DNA of 64,000 nt from Eledone cirrhosa. Its lineage: Eukaryota. Below, piece by piece: positions 39,627 to 53,628 of the stretch. The stretch lies in NCBI GenBank assembly GCA_964016885.1, contig OZ024743.1, forward strand, positions 279,930,001-279,994,000, in the 5' to 3' direction. The notes under the pieces are model-generated. The model made no database searches. It was not told the origin of the DNA and worked only from the letters and a program-made list of their open reading frames with translations. The position numbers were made by a program, and so were the translations under genes. How positions within the stretch are numbered: position 1 is the first letter of the stretch; each line of letters opens with the position of its first letter.

Positions 39627-39845
39627 GGCGGTGGATTGGCAGTATCGGTAGAGGGTCGGACGCCATGCTTTGCAGCATAGAGTTACGGCTCTTTATGATC
39701 TGAGCTCAAATCTCGCCGAGGTTAACTTTGCCTTTCATCCTTATAGGGTCGATAAAATAAAGTACCAGTCACGCACTGGGTCGATTTAATCGACTTTCCC
39801 CTCCCCCAAATGACTGGCCTTGTGCCTATATAAGAAACCATTATT
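39627..39845 (+). mobile_element. Abundant SINE, near full length
   Basis: Complete head, core and tail; ATTATTAGAAATATG present on both sides (TSD-like). Other copies at ~37030-37172, 38740-38865, 39999-40190, 40500-40700, 52898-53072, 62320-62460 and 63010-63131. Confidence 0.88.
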
Positions 39846-41511
39846 AGAAATATGACAACGAAAGATATATTTGGATAATATGATTGTAGATGCACTGTTT
39901 CTGATAAACAATAAACAAAAACAGAAAATAGTCACAGCTGGGATGCGTTTTGATCATAATCATTGCAAAGCCGTAAGAGAGTCGCATAAACTATCGAGTG
40001 GTGGATTGGCAGTATCGGTAGAGGGTCTGACGCCATGCTTTGCAGCATAGAGTTACGGCCCTTTATGATCTGAGTTCAAATCGCGCCGAGGTTAACTTTG
40101 CATTTCGTCCTTAAGGGGTCGATAAAATAAAGTACCAGTAATGTACTGGAATAATTGCTGGCCTTGTGCCAAAAAGTAGAAACAATTATTTACTTTTCTT
40201 TTGACTCTGAGTTCCAATCCTGCTCTAGTCAACTTCGGCTTTCATCCATTATTGGTCAATAAAATATAGGACCGGTATACGTTGAGATATTGGTAGCATT
40301 GTTAGAGCGTTGAATGAGATATCTTTTGGTATCTGTTCCGGCACTTTTCAAATTCCGTTGTGCATCTAGAAATGCATTATCCAATTTGACCTTCGCGTTT
40401 AATAACAGTAGGGTTTGAGGGGAATTGACAGCTATTTCTAGCTTGTGAAATGACTGCCTAATAATTCCGTTGGTGGAAAGTTTAGAGTGATTTGATATTA
40501 ATAGATTCTGACATAGGCACAAGGCCAACACTTTGGAGGAAAGGGAAAGTCGATTAACTCGACCCCAGTGCGCGACCGGTAGTTTATTTTATCGACTCCG
40601 TAAGGATGAAAGGCCAAGCTAACATCAACGGGATTTCAACTCAGATCGTAAATGGCCGTAACTCTATGTCATAAAGCATGTTGTCCGACGTTCCACCGAT
40701 TTGATATTATTACTTCATGTTGACATCATCATTATTGTTGTTGATCTTTATCAAACAAGCTATTCCAGTTGTGGCGAGAGGATTGGACTGTTTTATTCTA
40801 GCAACTCCAGCAGTCATGTAGAGTATACTTCGATATTTCATTTTCTTTATGAAGAATATGGAACATGGAAAGGATGGGGTTGGCAGAAGTACTAGTGGAC
40901 TAGTGGCGATACTAGCAATTTCTCATCGTGAAAATATCACTGGTCATATCTGGGAAAACAAAACGAAACTAAGAAAAAAAGTAAAACGAAAAAAGTCAAA
41001 AACACTATTTCAGCCCTAACGGTTCACTGGACACAGTTCATTTCATCCACCACACCTTCATTCGACATTCGCCCGAGCGATAATCAGCTTTGTCTATTTA
41101 GCACGCATGTGTAATCAGTAACGGCTGGGTGACGAGAAGGCAGTGACGCTGGACTTGTTTGTCTGGCGTGATTCAGAGACACTAGTTTTCAAAGATGGCA
41201 GATATTTCCCATGTATGACTCTAACAATATGCTGTCTCTCTATAAATATGTGAATGTGTCTCTGTATATGTATATGTGTGTGTATTTAATATTAGTTTGT
41301 AGGTTGTCTTGTTTCATTGATTTTTCTCTGTCTGACGCTTTGTGTTTGTCAAAAACAACAAAAAATATTTTGCGTAATTCTTTTTTTTTTTGTATATTTT
41401 CATTGTTTACTTTCCGTTTTTATATTCATTATATACATTTTTTGTATGTTTGTGGGAATAAACTCTTTCCATTTTGGATGTGTATGTATATGTATGCGGT
41501 TGTGTGTGCGC

Positions 41512-41549
<38 letters not shown>

Positions 41550-41770
41550 CTAAATATTCTTACTATTGTCCATTTCAATATTTGCCACGATAGACAAATA
41601 CACACGGAGACACATACAAGTTTTATATCTAAAATTCACATACATGCATTCATACATACATACAAACATATATATATATTATCGATACATGTGTATACGC
41701 AGTTATTACATGTTGTATATATGTATACACATCTATCATATCTATATGCTTTTCTATGTATGAGAGGGCG

Positions 41771-41802
<32 letters not shown>

Positions 41803-42294
41803 CGTGTGTATGTGGGTGTGTGTATGTGTGTTTGTATATGTGTGTGTGTGTGTGTTTATACGTCTGTATAAACGAAAAATTGCCAAAATATTGCCACAAT
41901 ATTAATACATTCATTGCAGGCCGACAGTCACTTACAGTTTCACACACATATATACTGTATATATATATATATACTGTATATATATATATATATATATATA
42001 TTCATATATATATATATTTCGTTTCTGAATTTGTTTAGCAACATTCTTTATTGGCAACATGACCCTCCCAAAGTATAACAATATATATATATATTCATAA
42101 GTCCTTATTCAGGTCAATGACATATTCTCCCTCCTTCTCTCTCTCTCTTTCTCTCTATCTCTCCCTCTCTCTCTCTCTCTTAACACACACACACGCACGC
42201 TCGCACGTGCATGTGTGTGCGAATGTATTAGCAAATGTACACGGCGTTACCGGCGTTAAAGAAAATGATGAAATTTCATTCAAAACATTTTCTA

Positions 42295-42960
42295 AATTAT
42301 ACTTGAAATTTCTAATATAGTTTTTTCTTGTACATAACATATCTTGTAGCTGCAATATGATTTCATTTCTTTATTCCTTTCATATTTTTTCTATGCTTGT
42401 GTTTTCATATAACTAATGAAATACAGTTGTAAATATTTTGGTTATTCTGAAAGTGGCTGCAGTAGTCCAATTCTATGGTTCACTTACCCTTGGATCATGA
42501 AAGTTCTCATAAAGCCATCTTCATGGATGATATTTGCACCAAATGATGTCATTTGGAATGTATTATTGTACTTCAAGGGCGTTGGTTGACACTATCGGTA
42601 GAGAGTCGGACACCATGTTTTGCAGCAAAGAGTTACGGCCCTTTACGGTCTGAGTTCAAATCACGCCGAGGTTATCTTTGCCTTTCATCCTTACGGGGTC
42701 GATAAAATAAAGTACACTGGGATAATTGATGGCCATTATTGTACTTCTGGATATTTTGAGGAAAGTGTGTTGATTCAGTAATTGTACTAATCAGCAGTTC
42801 CCTTAATTCTTCTGGTCGTTCAGGTAATAATTTAATCTTAATCTTTCCATTTAAACTGCACAATCCATTTTATAATTTATGACCAAAATATGGACAAATT
42901 TTGTTCATTGAAGAAATTCGAATTAAAGTTTATGAGAAATAATCTCTATGAGGATCGTAA
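42295..42960 (-). mobile_element. Helitron Rep/helicase remnant
   Basis: Minus-strand translation NGKIKIKLLPERPEELRELL..STHFPQNIQKYNN / TFQMTSFGANIIHEDGFMRTFMIQG*VNHRIG / PKYLQLYF / LQLQDML matches the N-terminal region of Helitron RepHel; interrupted by a SINE. Confidence 0.85.
42575..42734 (+). mobile_element. SINE inserted in the Helitron with a 13-bp TSD
   Basis: TSD ATTATTGTACTTC at 42562-42574 and 42735-42747. Confidence 0.9.
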
Positions 42961-43163
42961 CTAAAATCAATAGAGTTCCACTCGACAACCTTTCTAACTC
43001 GAAAATCTTCTGTCCTTGGTCTTTGGTCACATCTCTTTAGACTTGTTTGCGCTTCAGTTTCTTCAAGCCGATTTGAGCTGCTCTATTTCTTCATTTTCGT
43101 ACACCTAATTCCTCTTGACGATTAGTTGCTTTCATATAATAAACAGACAAACAAACGAAGTAT

Positions 43164-43227
<64 letters not shown>

Positions 43228-43590
43228 AAATTAAATAGCTCTGTTCTTTACATAGAGCACTCTTTTTTCCTTTGCTTTTTCTTCGGAATATGTGTGTATG
43301 TATATATATATATATATATATAATTTCAACTCTTCTAATTAATAACTGGATTATTAATAGTATCTCCCCATTTCGCTCTATATATACTTATATATGTGTG
43401 TATGTATATATATATATACATACACACATATATAAATATACATAGAGCGAGATGGGGAGATACTAGTTAAGACTAGTAAGGTCACTGTTCAGCTCAGTAC
43501 TCGATACTTAAAGCAGAGGGTGTGTGTTTGTCTGCATACGTATCTATATGTATACATATGTGTATTTATATATACGCGTATAGCCAAACA

Positions 43591-43878
43591 GTGGAGGAAT
43601 GTGGCGTAGTGGTAAGAGTGTTGGACTTACGATCATAATGTCGTGGGTTCGAGTCCTGGGCTGCGTGTTGTGTTCTTGAGCAAAACACTTCATTTCACGT
43701 TGTTCCAGTATACTCAGCTGACAATGAGTACCAGCAATAGCTGGAGGTTTAACCCTGCGATGGACTGGCGTCCTGTCCAGGAGGGAGTCTTGTACTCTCA
43801 GTCGCTTCACATCATGAAACCGGGATAAGCACCGGCCAAATGAGCCTTCTGGCTTAAGACAGACTTTAGACTTTTAGA
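43591..43878 (+). mobile_element. Full-length tRNA-derived CORE-type SINE with a 12-bp TSD
   Basis: A box TGGCGTAGTGG, B box GGTTCGAGTCC, CORE-like TGTGTTCTTGAGCAAAACACTT, (AGACTTT) tail; TSD TATAGCCAAACA at 43579-43590 and 43879-43890. Confidence 0.9.
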
Positions 43879-44588
43879 TATAGCCAAACATTTAAGAAAT
43901 TAGTTTCACAATCCTGACTTACCAGGCTGAGATTGATGCTAGAATTGTGAAATCTTGCATTCATTATTAATAACTGGATTATTTTCTTCCAGGGATATAT
44001 TAAGAAAGAAGCTTCGTTTATTCATTCCATGGAATTATGTTGGTCAGCCTATGAACTTTTCAGTGGCTCTGGTAAGTTCCGCCACCAGCTAGGAATTTTG
44101 AGCAGATGTTCTTTGTTTATAGTTTCGGGTCAAACTAACCGTCGAGAGAAAACGTCGGTAGAAAGGAGATACTTTGGAAGCCTATCGGGTGGACTGTACT
44201 AATATTTCAAAGACTTGTCCTTGTCACACATTCCCTGAGAATTATATTAAATGTACATGTATCTGTGAAATATTCAGCCACTTACGCGTATATTCAACGA
44301 GTAGAGTTTCGTATTGATCGAACACCTGGAACACTCCTCGTCGAAAATGATGGAAATCCATTCAGGATTTATTTAATTATCAGTCCTACATCATCCTCTC
44401 CATCTCCTTGATCTTTCTACTGACACTCTTTCTGCTCTTTGTCTCTTCAGGCACTGGTTGTTGATTTCTACACATCCCCCTCTTACTCACCCAATGCCTC
44501 AATATATGTGGAACTTTCTCTCCTTCTCTCTCTCTCTCTCTCTGTCTGTCTGTCTGTCTCTCTTTCTTTGTCTCTCTCTCTCTCTCTT

Positions 44589-44703
<115 letters not shown>

Positions 44704-45623
44704 TTATCTACCTATCTATCTCTTTACAATAGACTGACTGTGTCTTCCCCAATTTATCCACTTAGTTTTAAAGCTCTCCTTGCTATCTACATTCACTCCT
44801 ACAGACTCTACTGGCCTCCCGCTAAGAACCTTCCTACCACTTCACTCTTTCAATCTCATCAGCTATCTCTTTTTCTCCCTCGTTCTCTTTTCCTGTTCCT
44901 CAAGCTCTTCATCGAAGGCATCTTTCACTTTAAATGCTGCATATCTTTCACACCACTCCCACACCTAGTATGTGGCAGACAAATACACGTTTCCATTTTC
45001 CATTCAAACGCCTGCTTTTCTTTCTCTTTCTTTGCGTATTTATCCTCATCCTCGTCTACCTCCTCCTTTTCTTTTTTCGCTCTATTCTCCTATATCTCCA
45101 TCGTATCTTTTCCATCACTTTATCAATGCCTTAAGTATTTCTCCCTATCTAGCGCTCTTATCTTCATCTGCATTTTTTCTCCACCACAACCGCATTTTCC
45201 ATGCTATCATCGTCTAGCACTATGTCTATTCAATCACCAACGCTGTCTTAGTCCATTAAAACCCTCACCCTACCCAGTTATCTGTTATTTCTTCTATTTC
45301 TTCCCCATCTCTGACAACTCCACCAATATTGTAACGTAACCGCTCACTTAGTCAATTACACCAACGACTGCAACCTATAATTCTGAGCATGAAATCTTTC
45401 ACCAAACACCCAACGTTTGAACAACTAATCCAAGACGGAGACTACGGAACAGGATAAATGGCACTCGACTATTAATTCATGGTCTTACTCGCAGCCTCGA
45501 TCAAACGATTACATTACAGAGTCCAGACGTATTTTGTGTTTGCTTACACACTTGTCATTATATGTTTATATACATGAAAATACAAATGCGTATATATATA
45601 TATATATGCATATTTGAATATGC

Positions 45624-45688
<65 letters not shown>

Positions 45689-46657
45689 GAGAGTGGGAGA
45701 GAGAATGAGGGTGTAGAGAAAGATTTCTGTACGCACAGATTTTAATTTAAAGGACATGAGGAGACAGCGTAAATATGAAAACAAATACACGCGTATGCCT
45801 ATGTGTGCGTGCATGCGTGCGTGTGTATGTATGCGCGCGTGTGTGTGTGCGTATGCGTGTATATCAACACACACACGCACACACACATACTCACATACCT
45901 ATATATAGTGATGTAGTTTTCGGTGTTTGTGTCAAAACTTTTTATTCAGAAATCCCAAAACCATCACCGGTAAAACCATACTCTGATTCGTTCCAGCTCA
46001 CAGAAACTTTGCTTAAGAATTGTTTAGAAATATAAAACACCAATGCTTTGAAATCCCTTTATTTGGTGGTTTGTGTTCCGTTGAAAATACATCTTCACTG
46101 GCTTCTCAACTCTCCCCGTCCGATAGGGAGATCTCCCACCCACTTTGGGTTGGGTGACAGATGTCTTCTCTTGTGAAAATGAGTATAGCTTTTATGTAAA
46201 TCTCCCTATTTTGCCTCAGTTCTCCCCGTTCTGGGCACTTTTGTTCATGGTACTCCTCGTTAGAATTTTTAGAGGTTGGCAGGTCTGTGTTCCTTTTATC
46301 CACGTGCCACATACACTGGCTTCGTTAGGTAATCCACTTTTTCACGTTATCAAAGAATGAGAAGACGCGTTGCTATTGATCATCTTACACTGCCGCGTGA
46401 CCATGACCGACCAATGAAAGCCTCTTATAACTCCCAATTTGCAGCCATATCTTCATCGTTAGACACTTATTCCTATTGCATCTGAAAAAATAGACGTATT
46501 ATTTTACTGATAATGAAACCAATGGTACTTCACGAGTAATTCGAAATATTAACACCGGACACGGACACACGCACATAAACGCAAACACGCCTAAACGCAC
46601 ACTCAAACACAAACAAACGCACGCACACACGTACAAGCACACACACACACACATCTA

Positions 46658-46704
<47 letters not shown>

Positions 46705-47133
46705 ACTAGAAATTGATTGACATATATATATATCTAAAATGAACATATGAAATATATATATGTCAATCAATTTCTAGTTGATATAAAATGCTCGGATGTA
46801 TTCATTGGAATCTTGGAGCATATTTTACACTGGATATGGTGCATGTCTCTCTGACATGACACCCTTAATTTAATTTAAATTTTGTATATATATATATATA
46901 TATATATATATAATGTAAGAGCAAGAACGAAGGGTGCATTCTATTGACATGGCTTTAAAAATGAGGCTTGTTTACATAATTGCAAACGAATCGAATGTTA
47001 TTATTAATATTCGAAAAACTCAGATTACATTTATTGTATTCAGCCATGTAGACCGAAATTTTTTTTAAAAATATTTATTATATATATATTTATTATATAT
47101 ATACAGTATATATATATATATGTGTGTGTGTTT

Positions 47134-47210
<77 letters not shown>

Positions 47211-47499
47211 ATTCTAGTTAACACACTTAGATAGAAGCCCCGACATACATAGGAAAACACTGAACTACAAATGAATTTCGCTATGTATTGACACGCTTTT
47301 ATTTTAGTGTTCCAAATTGATCTAAATATAAGATATCCTGAAATATCAATACTCAGGTGTAGATATGATTTGTGCATTTCCTTTTACGCATGAAGCTACT
47401 TTCTTGTTATCGCGAGCAACATTAATATATATAATACATGTATAGATACACACGCACACACACACATACACACACACACACACATACACACACACACAC

Positions 47500-47581
<82 letters not shown>

Positions 47582-47730
47582 ATACTTTGGGAGGGTCATG
47601 TTGCCAATAAGAAACACACGCACCAGTTGCTTTCACTTCAATTTATTATATATTTATAAATTTATAAATCTACAAATTTATAAATTTCTGGTTGGTTGGT
47701 GGTTCCACAACCAGATAGTTGTTTATATAT

Positions 47731-47775
47731 AGTCATAGTTCTTTCGTCACATACTCTGTGACCTCTTCAGTGACT
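47731..47775 (-). ncRNA. Minimal type I hammerhead ribozyme
   Basis: AGTCA-CTGAAGA-G-GTCACA(GAGTA)TGTGAC-GAAA-GAAC-TA-TGACT, sense to the ORF. Confidence 0.82.
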
Positions 47776-48038
47776 GGGGATTCCTTTCTTTGTTTCTGTG
47801 CCTCTCCTTTGTTCTGTCCTACGCCATTTTGTTTCTGTGTGTGTGTTGTGTGCTCAGTCTGCGCATGCGCCACATCCGGGTGTCTGTGTGTGTTTATGTT
47901 CATTTATTTATTTGTTTATTTACATGTTACTGGTTGGTTGTTTGTTCTATGTGTGTGTGTGTTTTCATTTTGTCCTTAATTGTAAGTTGTGATGTTGCTG
48001 TTCCACTCATATTTTCTATTTAATTTTGGTTGTAATTC

Positions 48039-48899
48039 TTATATGTTTATTGCCTCTGTAATTTGTCTAAACATTGCGTCTTTTCTGTGTGTAGATTCTA
48101 TTTTTATTTCTATGTTCTCTAATTTACCCTTGTATTCTATCTTAGCATGCTGGTAGAGTACAGATGATTCTTTATTATCTTGAAGGTCTCGCCAGTGTTC
48201 ATTTAACCGTTCCCCTACACTACGAGCTGTGTCACCTATGTACACTATATTTTTGTCTCTACATTGTCCTTCAGTACATCTTATGCTATACACTACATTT
48301 CTAGTTTTACAGTTAATATGGGGGCTTATTTTACAGGTTATAAATTTCTTATCTATACATGAGGGTCTTTGAAAAGGGTATGTCTTGCTAATAAGTGTTT
48401 TTACGGAGGTACCTGGCCGTTCTACTATCTTAATATTGAGTTTATGTTTATTTAGGGCCCTTCTAAATTTGTAAGCTAATTCACCTCTAGGGGTTGTATT
48501 GAGGAACATTACACTCTGGTATTTATTGCTATGATACCATGAGTTTATTCTATTAGCCTTGTTCGTAGTTCTTTCTATTCTATTCCGAAATGTGCTCCTA
48601 TACAAGGGGCAGGTCCCATTTATGTCATTATTTACCATTTTTTCCCATTTGGTTCTGGCTCCTCTATACACTCTGATTTTATCTCTCTGATTGTAGCCAG
48701 AGAACTGCATACGGTGGATGAAGTGTTGTATGTGTCTCTCTAGTTCTTCGGGGTTGCACATGCGGGACACATTTCTCATCACCCGTACCAAATCCGCAAT
48801 CAGTATGTTGATTTTGGTATGGTCCGAAATGGCCGAGTTTCGGTGGATCAGATGTTTGGAAGTCATGGGTTTGGCATAATGGGAATGGAGGATTTGTTT
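48039..48899 (-). pseudogene. PLE thumb + GIY-YIG endonuclease fragment
   Basis: HYAKPMTS..NSAIS, RMQFSGY, PLYR, NCKTRNVVYSIRCTEGQC..YIGDTARSVGERLNEH..VLYQH..RQITEA. Confidence 0.9.
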
Positions 48900-49102
48900 T
48901 AAGGACAAAATGAAAACACACACACACATAGAACAAACAACCAGCCAGTAACATGTAAATAAACAAATAAATAAATGAACATAAACACACACAGACACCC
49001 GGATGTGGCGCATGCGCAGACTGAGCACACAACACACACACAGAAACAAAATGGCGTAGGACAGAACAAAGGAGAGGCACAGAAACAAAGAAAGGAATCC
49101 CC

Positions 49103-49147
49103 AGTCACTGAAGAGGTCACAGAGCGTGTGACGAAAGAACTATGACT
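49103..49147 (+). ncRNA. Minimal type I hammerhead ribozyme
   Basis: AGTCA-CTGAAGA-G-GTCACA(GAGCG)TGTGAC-GAAA-GAAC-TA-TGACT. Confidence 0.82.
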
Positions 49148-49358
49148 ATATATAAACAACTATCTGGTTGTGGAACCAACCAACCAACCAGAAATTTATA
49201 AATTTGTAGATTTATAAATTTATAAATATATAATAAATTGAAGTGAAAGCACTGGTGCGTGTGTTTCTTTGTGGCAACATGACCCTCCCAAAGTATAACA
49301 CTATCGGTTTCAACACACGATTTCAGATAAAGAATCTTGCTAAACAAATTCAGAAACG

Positions 49359-49438
<80 letters not shown>

Positions 49439-49439
49439 T

Positions 49440-49714
49440 TTCACATGCGCAAACTAAGCACAGAACACACACAAAAACAAGATGGCGTAGGACAGAACAA
49501 AGGAGAGACACAAAAACAAAGAAAAGAATCCCCAGTCACTGAAGAGCTCACAGAATGTGTGACGAAAGAACTTTGACAATATATGAATAATTGTCTGGTT
49601 GTGGAACCAACCAACCAACCAGAAATTTATAAATTTAATTTATAATAAATTGGAGTGAAACAACTGGTGCGTGTGTTTCTTATTGGCAACATGACCCTCC
49701 CAAAGCATAACAAT
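49440..49714 (+). mobile_element. Solo partial pLTR of family D with a slightly degenerate HHR (49534-49578)
   Basis: Similar to 49010-49280; ends CATGACCCTCCCAAAGCATAACAATA. Confidence 0.85.
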
Positions 49715-49978
49715 ATAGATATATATATCCGAAATAAATTTAGTTAAGTTAAATTAAAGGAGTCATGTCCGAGACATGCGCCATATCCACCGTAGAATAA
49801 ACTCAAAGATTCCAATGAATAGATCCGAGCATCATATATCAACTAGAAATTGATTGACATATATATATATATATTTAAAATAAACACATGAAACAATCAC
49901 ACACTTTACAAATTTTCCCCTGTGATTGTTTCATGTGTTTATTTTAAAGATATATATATGTGTCAATCAATTTCTAGT

Positions 49979-50049
<71 letters not shown>

Positions 50050-50053
<4 letters not shown>

Positions 50054-51060
50054 TTTAGCGAGGTTTTTTATATGAAATCGTGTGTCGAAACAAATATTGT
50101 TATACTTGTACCAATAGGAAATGTATCATATGTAAGGTGAACCCCCGTATAAACTGTAAAACTAGAAACGTAGTCTATAGCATAAGGTGTACAGAGGGTA
50201 CTTGTAGAAACATGACAACAACATACATAGGTGAGACAGCTCGTAGCATAGGTGAAAGGATAGACCAACACTGGGGGGAACTAAAAGGACGAAAAAACGG
50301 GTCAGTACTATACGAACATGCTAGACAACAATATGACGGTAACATAGACAACATAGAAATTAGAATAATATCTAAACATAGGAATGACCCAGCAGATAGG
50401 CAAATCAGAGAGGCCAGTGAAATAGAAATTAGAAGACCAAAGCTAAACAGAAAGAATGAGTGGAACAACAACAACACCCAAACAAACAACACTGACCTAA
50501 GAGAAGTATAAATAAGTAAATAAATAAATAAAATAAAATAAAATAAAATAAAATAAAATAAAATAAGATAAATAAATACATACACAAGCACAATAACAAC
50601 AAGCACATAAACACACACTAGTCACCCAGCAGACACAACACTATACACACTAGTCACACAGCACACACAACACTGTACACACACGCAAACGCATGCGCAA
50701 AGAAGACAAAATAAAATAAACAAACAAGCAAATAAATAAATTAATATATAGACAGACTGAATAAAAAATGGCGTAGACATACAACACAACAGGAGGAAAA
50801 AATATAACACCACTGACGATGTTGCAGATGTGCAACGAAAGATTTATGTAAATTATGTAAACTATATATATGTGTTTGTGTCTATATTGTATCTGTATTA
50901 TTTTTGACCGTCGGTCAGTCAATGGCAACATTGAGGACCGAGTAAGTTAGATCGCAGATATAAAAGACAGCGAGAAGCGAAAACCAACCAAACAGTGAGT
51001 GTGTTCTGTTATTAATTCTGGCAATATTACACAAATATGACCCTCCCCAAGTATAACAAT
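50050..51060 (+). mobile_element. 5'-truncated PLE related to family D: GIY-YIG fragment plus pLTR
   Basis: 50107-50511 encodes CTNRKCIICK..NCKTRNVVYSIRC..YIGETARSIGERIDQH..RQIREA..PKLNRKNEW; HHR CTGACGA-T-GTTGCA(GATG)TGCAAC-GAAA at 50811-50848; terminus ATGACCCTCCCCAAGTATAACAA then (TA)n. Confidence 0.9.
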
Positions 51061-51370
51061 ATATATATATAATAGTAATAATAATAGTTTCTCATCTAGG
51101 CACAAGGCCAACAATTTGGGGGAAGGAGAAAGTCGATTAAATCGACCCCAATACGTTACTGGTGCTTTATTTTATCGACCCCGGAAGGAAGAAAGGCAAA
51201 CTTAACCTCGGCGGAATTAGCTTTGCCTTACAGGGTCGATAAAATAAAGCACCTGTAATGCGCGAGGGTCGATTAAATTGACTGTCCCCTACAATAAGAG
51301 TTTCGTTCGATATCCACTGTTTTCGATATATTTATTCTCTCTCTCGCTAAACATATATATATATATATAT

Positions 51371-51495
51371 AAAACAAAGAAAGTGTGGGAAGGTACCAGG
51401 TGGACCATAACGCATCAGAATACTCGATACCTAGGGTAGTAGAGTGGGTAATAGGAAAAGAGTCTGGACGCCGAGGTCCTGACTCTTCTCCTATA
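51371..51495 (-). mobile_element. Diverged family-A-like pLTR terminus
   Basis: CCAGGTGGACCATAACGCA..GTAGTAGAGTGGGTAATAGG shared with 32504-32590; lies in (TA)n. Confidence 0.75.
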
Positions 51496-51527
51496 TAGTA
51501 TATGTATATATATACGTATATATATAT

Positions 51528-51666
<139 letters not shown>

Positions 51667-53356
51667 CCTTTCTATGTGCGTCTCTCTATGTCTGTCTGTC
51701 CTAGTGTTCGCGTCTGTGCATGTGTGTTATATATAGTTCTTTAGATATATAGTTCTTTAGTGGTCATTAACCGTTATATATGTCTGTTCCAAAGCCTTAC
51801 GCTCTTTCTCCTATCAGCAAGCCTATTGTTTATTTCTGCGCCTCTTTTGACTTCGCGTTGTATATGCTGTATATGCTATATATATATATATATATATCAT
51901 AATGTACTAGATTTATCACATATGTTAGTTATGGAAAAGTTGTGGGTAGTCTGGTTCTGTGCAGTATATAGAGGGTTTTTTGTCTGCATTTCCTGACGAG
52001 TTGTTTTTTTTGCTGATGTTCTAATGCCTGATTTTTTTTTTTTTTTTTCGGAAGTTAATTCTATTATTTTACAATCTTACTTTTGTCATGGTTCTGAGCT
52101 CTGCTTCGAAATTTTATGCGCCCTTAATCTGTGATTCATAATTAAGAGTTCTAAATCCTAGTGCTTCTCATGTAGGCTAATCACCATCGCCATGTTTCAT
52201 GTTGGTATGCCCTCTACCGAAGATGTTTATATAAATCTTTTTCTTTTTATATTTGACATTTTGTGTAAAAATTTCTGTTGTCGAACAGAAACTTTCCTTT
52301 TGAATATCCAAATGTGTGCTGTTCCTTATTCTCTTTGCCGCTCTGTTCCATAAGGAACCAGCTTTAGATATCTAGATATTACAGCTTGTAATCGAAATAT
52401 GAAAAGAGTGTACATGGTTTAGATAGTACCATTTTGTCCCGTGTGTCGAGCTTCTTGCCATTGATATTTCAGACCACAGTTTATTTGTTTTCAATATTTA
52501 TTGCTAGTTTTGTTAATTTATATATTGACAGAATCGTTAGAGTGTCGGATTAAATGATTCGGTACATATTCCAGCTCGTTGCACTTCGCGTTCCAATACC
52601 ACCTTGGTAGTTTTGCCTTTCACCCTTTCGGATTTGATAAATAAGGTTCATGATCAGTGGATTGGCGGAATTTTAATATAATCATTATCTGACTCGGCCC
52701 GTTGCAATCCCCACCTCCTTCTTACACGGCAAGAGCTGCAACTGGCAAAGGAAGGATTAATCGAAACATTGTATGCTTTGTAAGATCTGACGAGCGGCAC
52801 CTTTCTCATTGATTTGTTACCAATATATAGAAGTGGGCTTGTATTTCACGTTTGGTTTTCGTTTTCATTGACTAATTTGCGAATTTCATTTCGTATGGTG
52901 ATTGGCAGCCTCGGTAGAGGGTCAGACACCATGCTTTGCAACATAGAGTTACGTCCCTTTACAGTCTGAGTTCAAATACCGCCGAAGTTAACTTTGCCTT
53001 TCATCCTTCGGGGTCGATAAAATAAAGTACTGGGATAATTGCTGGCTTTGTGCCAAAAATAGAAACAATTATTTTCTTATGGTGATATATATGTATATAT
53101 ATATATGTGTGTGTGTGTATGTGTGTGTGTGTGTGTGGGTGTGTGTGTGTGTGTGTGTTTGTGTGTGTTAGTTAGCAGTTACTGGCGGCACGCCGTTTTG
53201 AAGCACTCGATGTTATTTGAATGTGTCGTTGCACATATATACACCCATATTTGACGAGATGTCGAAAAAGAGTCGATCTCCGCCACCTTGATTGTACCCG
53301 GAGCTGATCGATATCAAAACAAAAGTTTGCACATATGCTGCAACACTGGCTTTGAC

Positions 53357-53628
<272 letters not shown>

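Larger units (their letters stand above)
47577..49361 (-). mobile_element. 5'-truncated PLE (family D) with an inverted pLTR at its 5' end
   Basis: 47577-47978 is inverted at 48900-49280; GIY-YIG-coding fragment between them; (TA)n flanks; one HHR per pLTR. Confidence 0.92.

Noticed and set aside
40980-41220. Complex sequence ending AAGATGGCAGATATTTCCCAT/GTATGA, a possible first coding exon
   Set aside because: Only a weak donor and six codons; no supporting homology.
45330-45518. TGTAAC...ATTACA bounded segment resembling a solo LTR
   Set aside because: Short, no TSD and no second copy in the window.
48900-49088. N-terminal part of the 349-aa ORF
   Set aside because: Chance in-frame read-through of the inverted pLTR.
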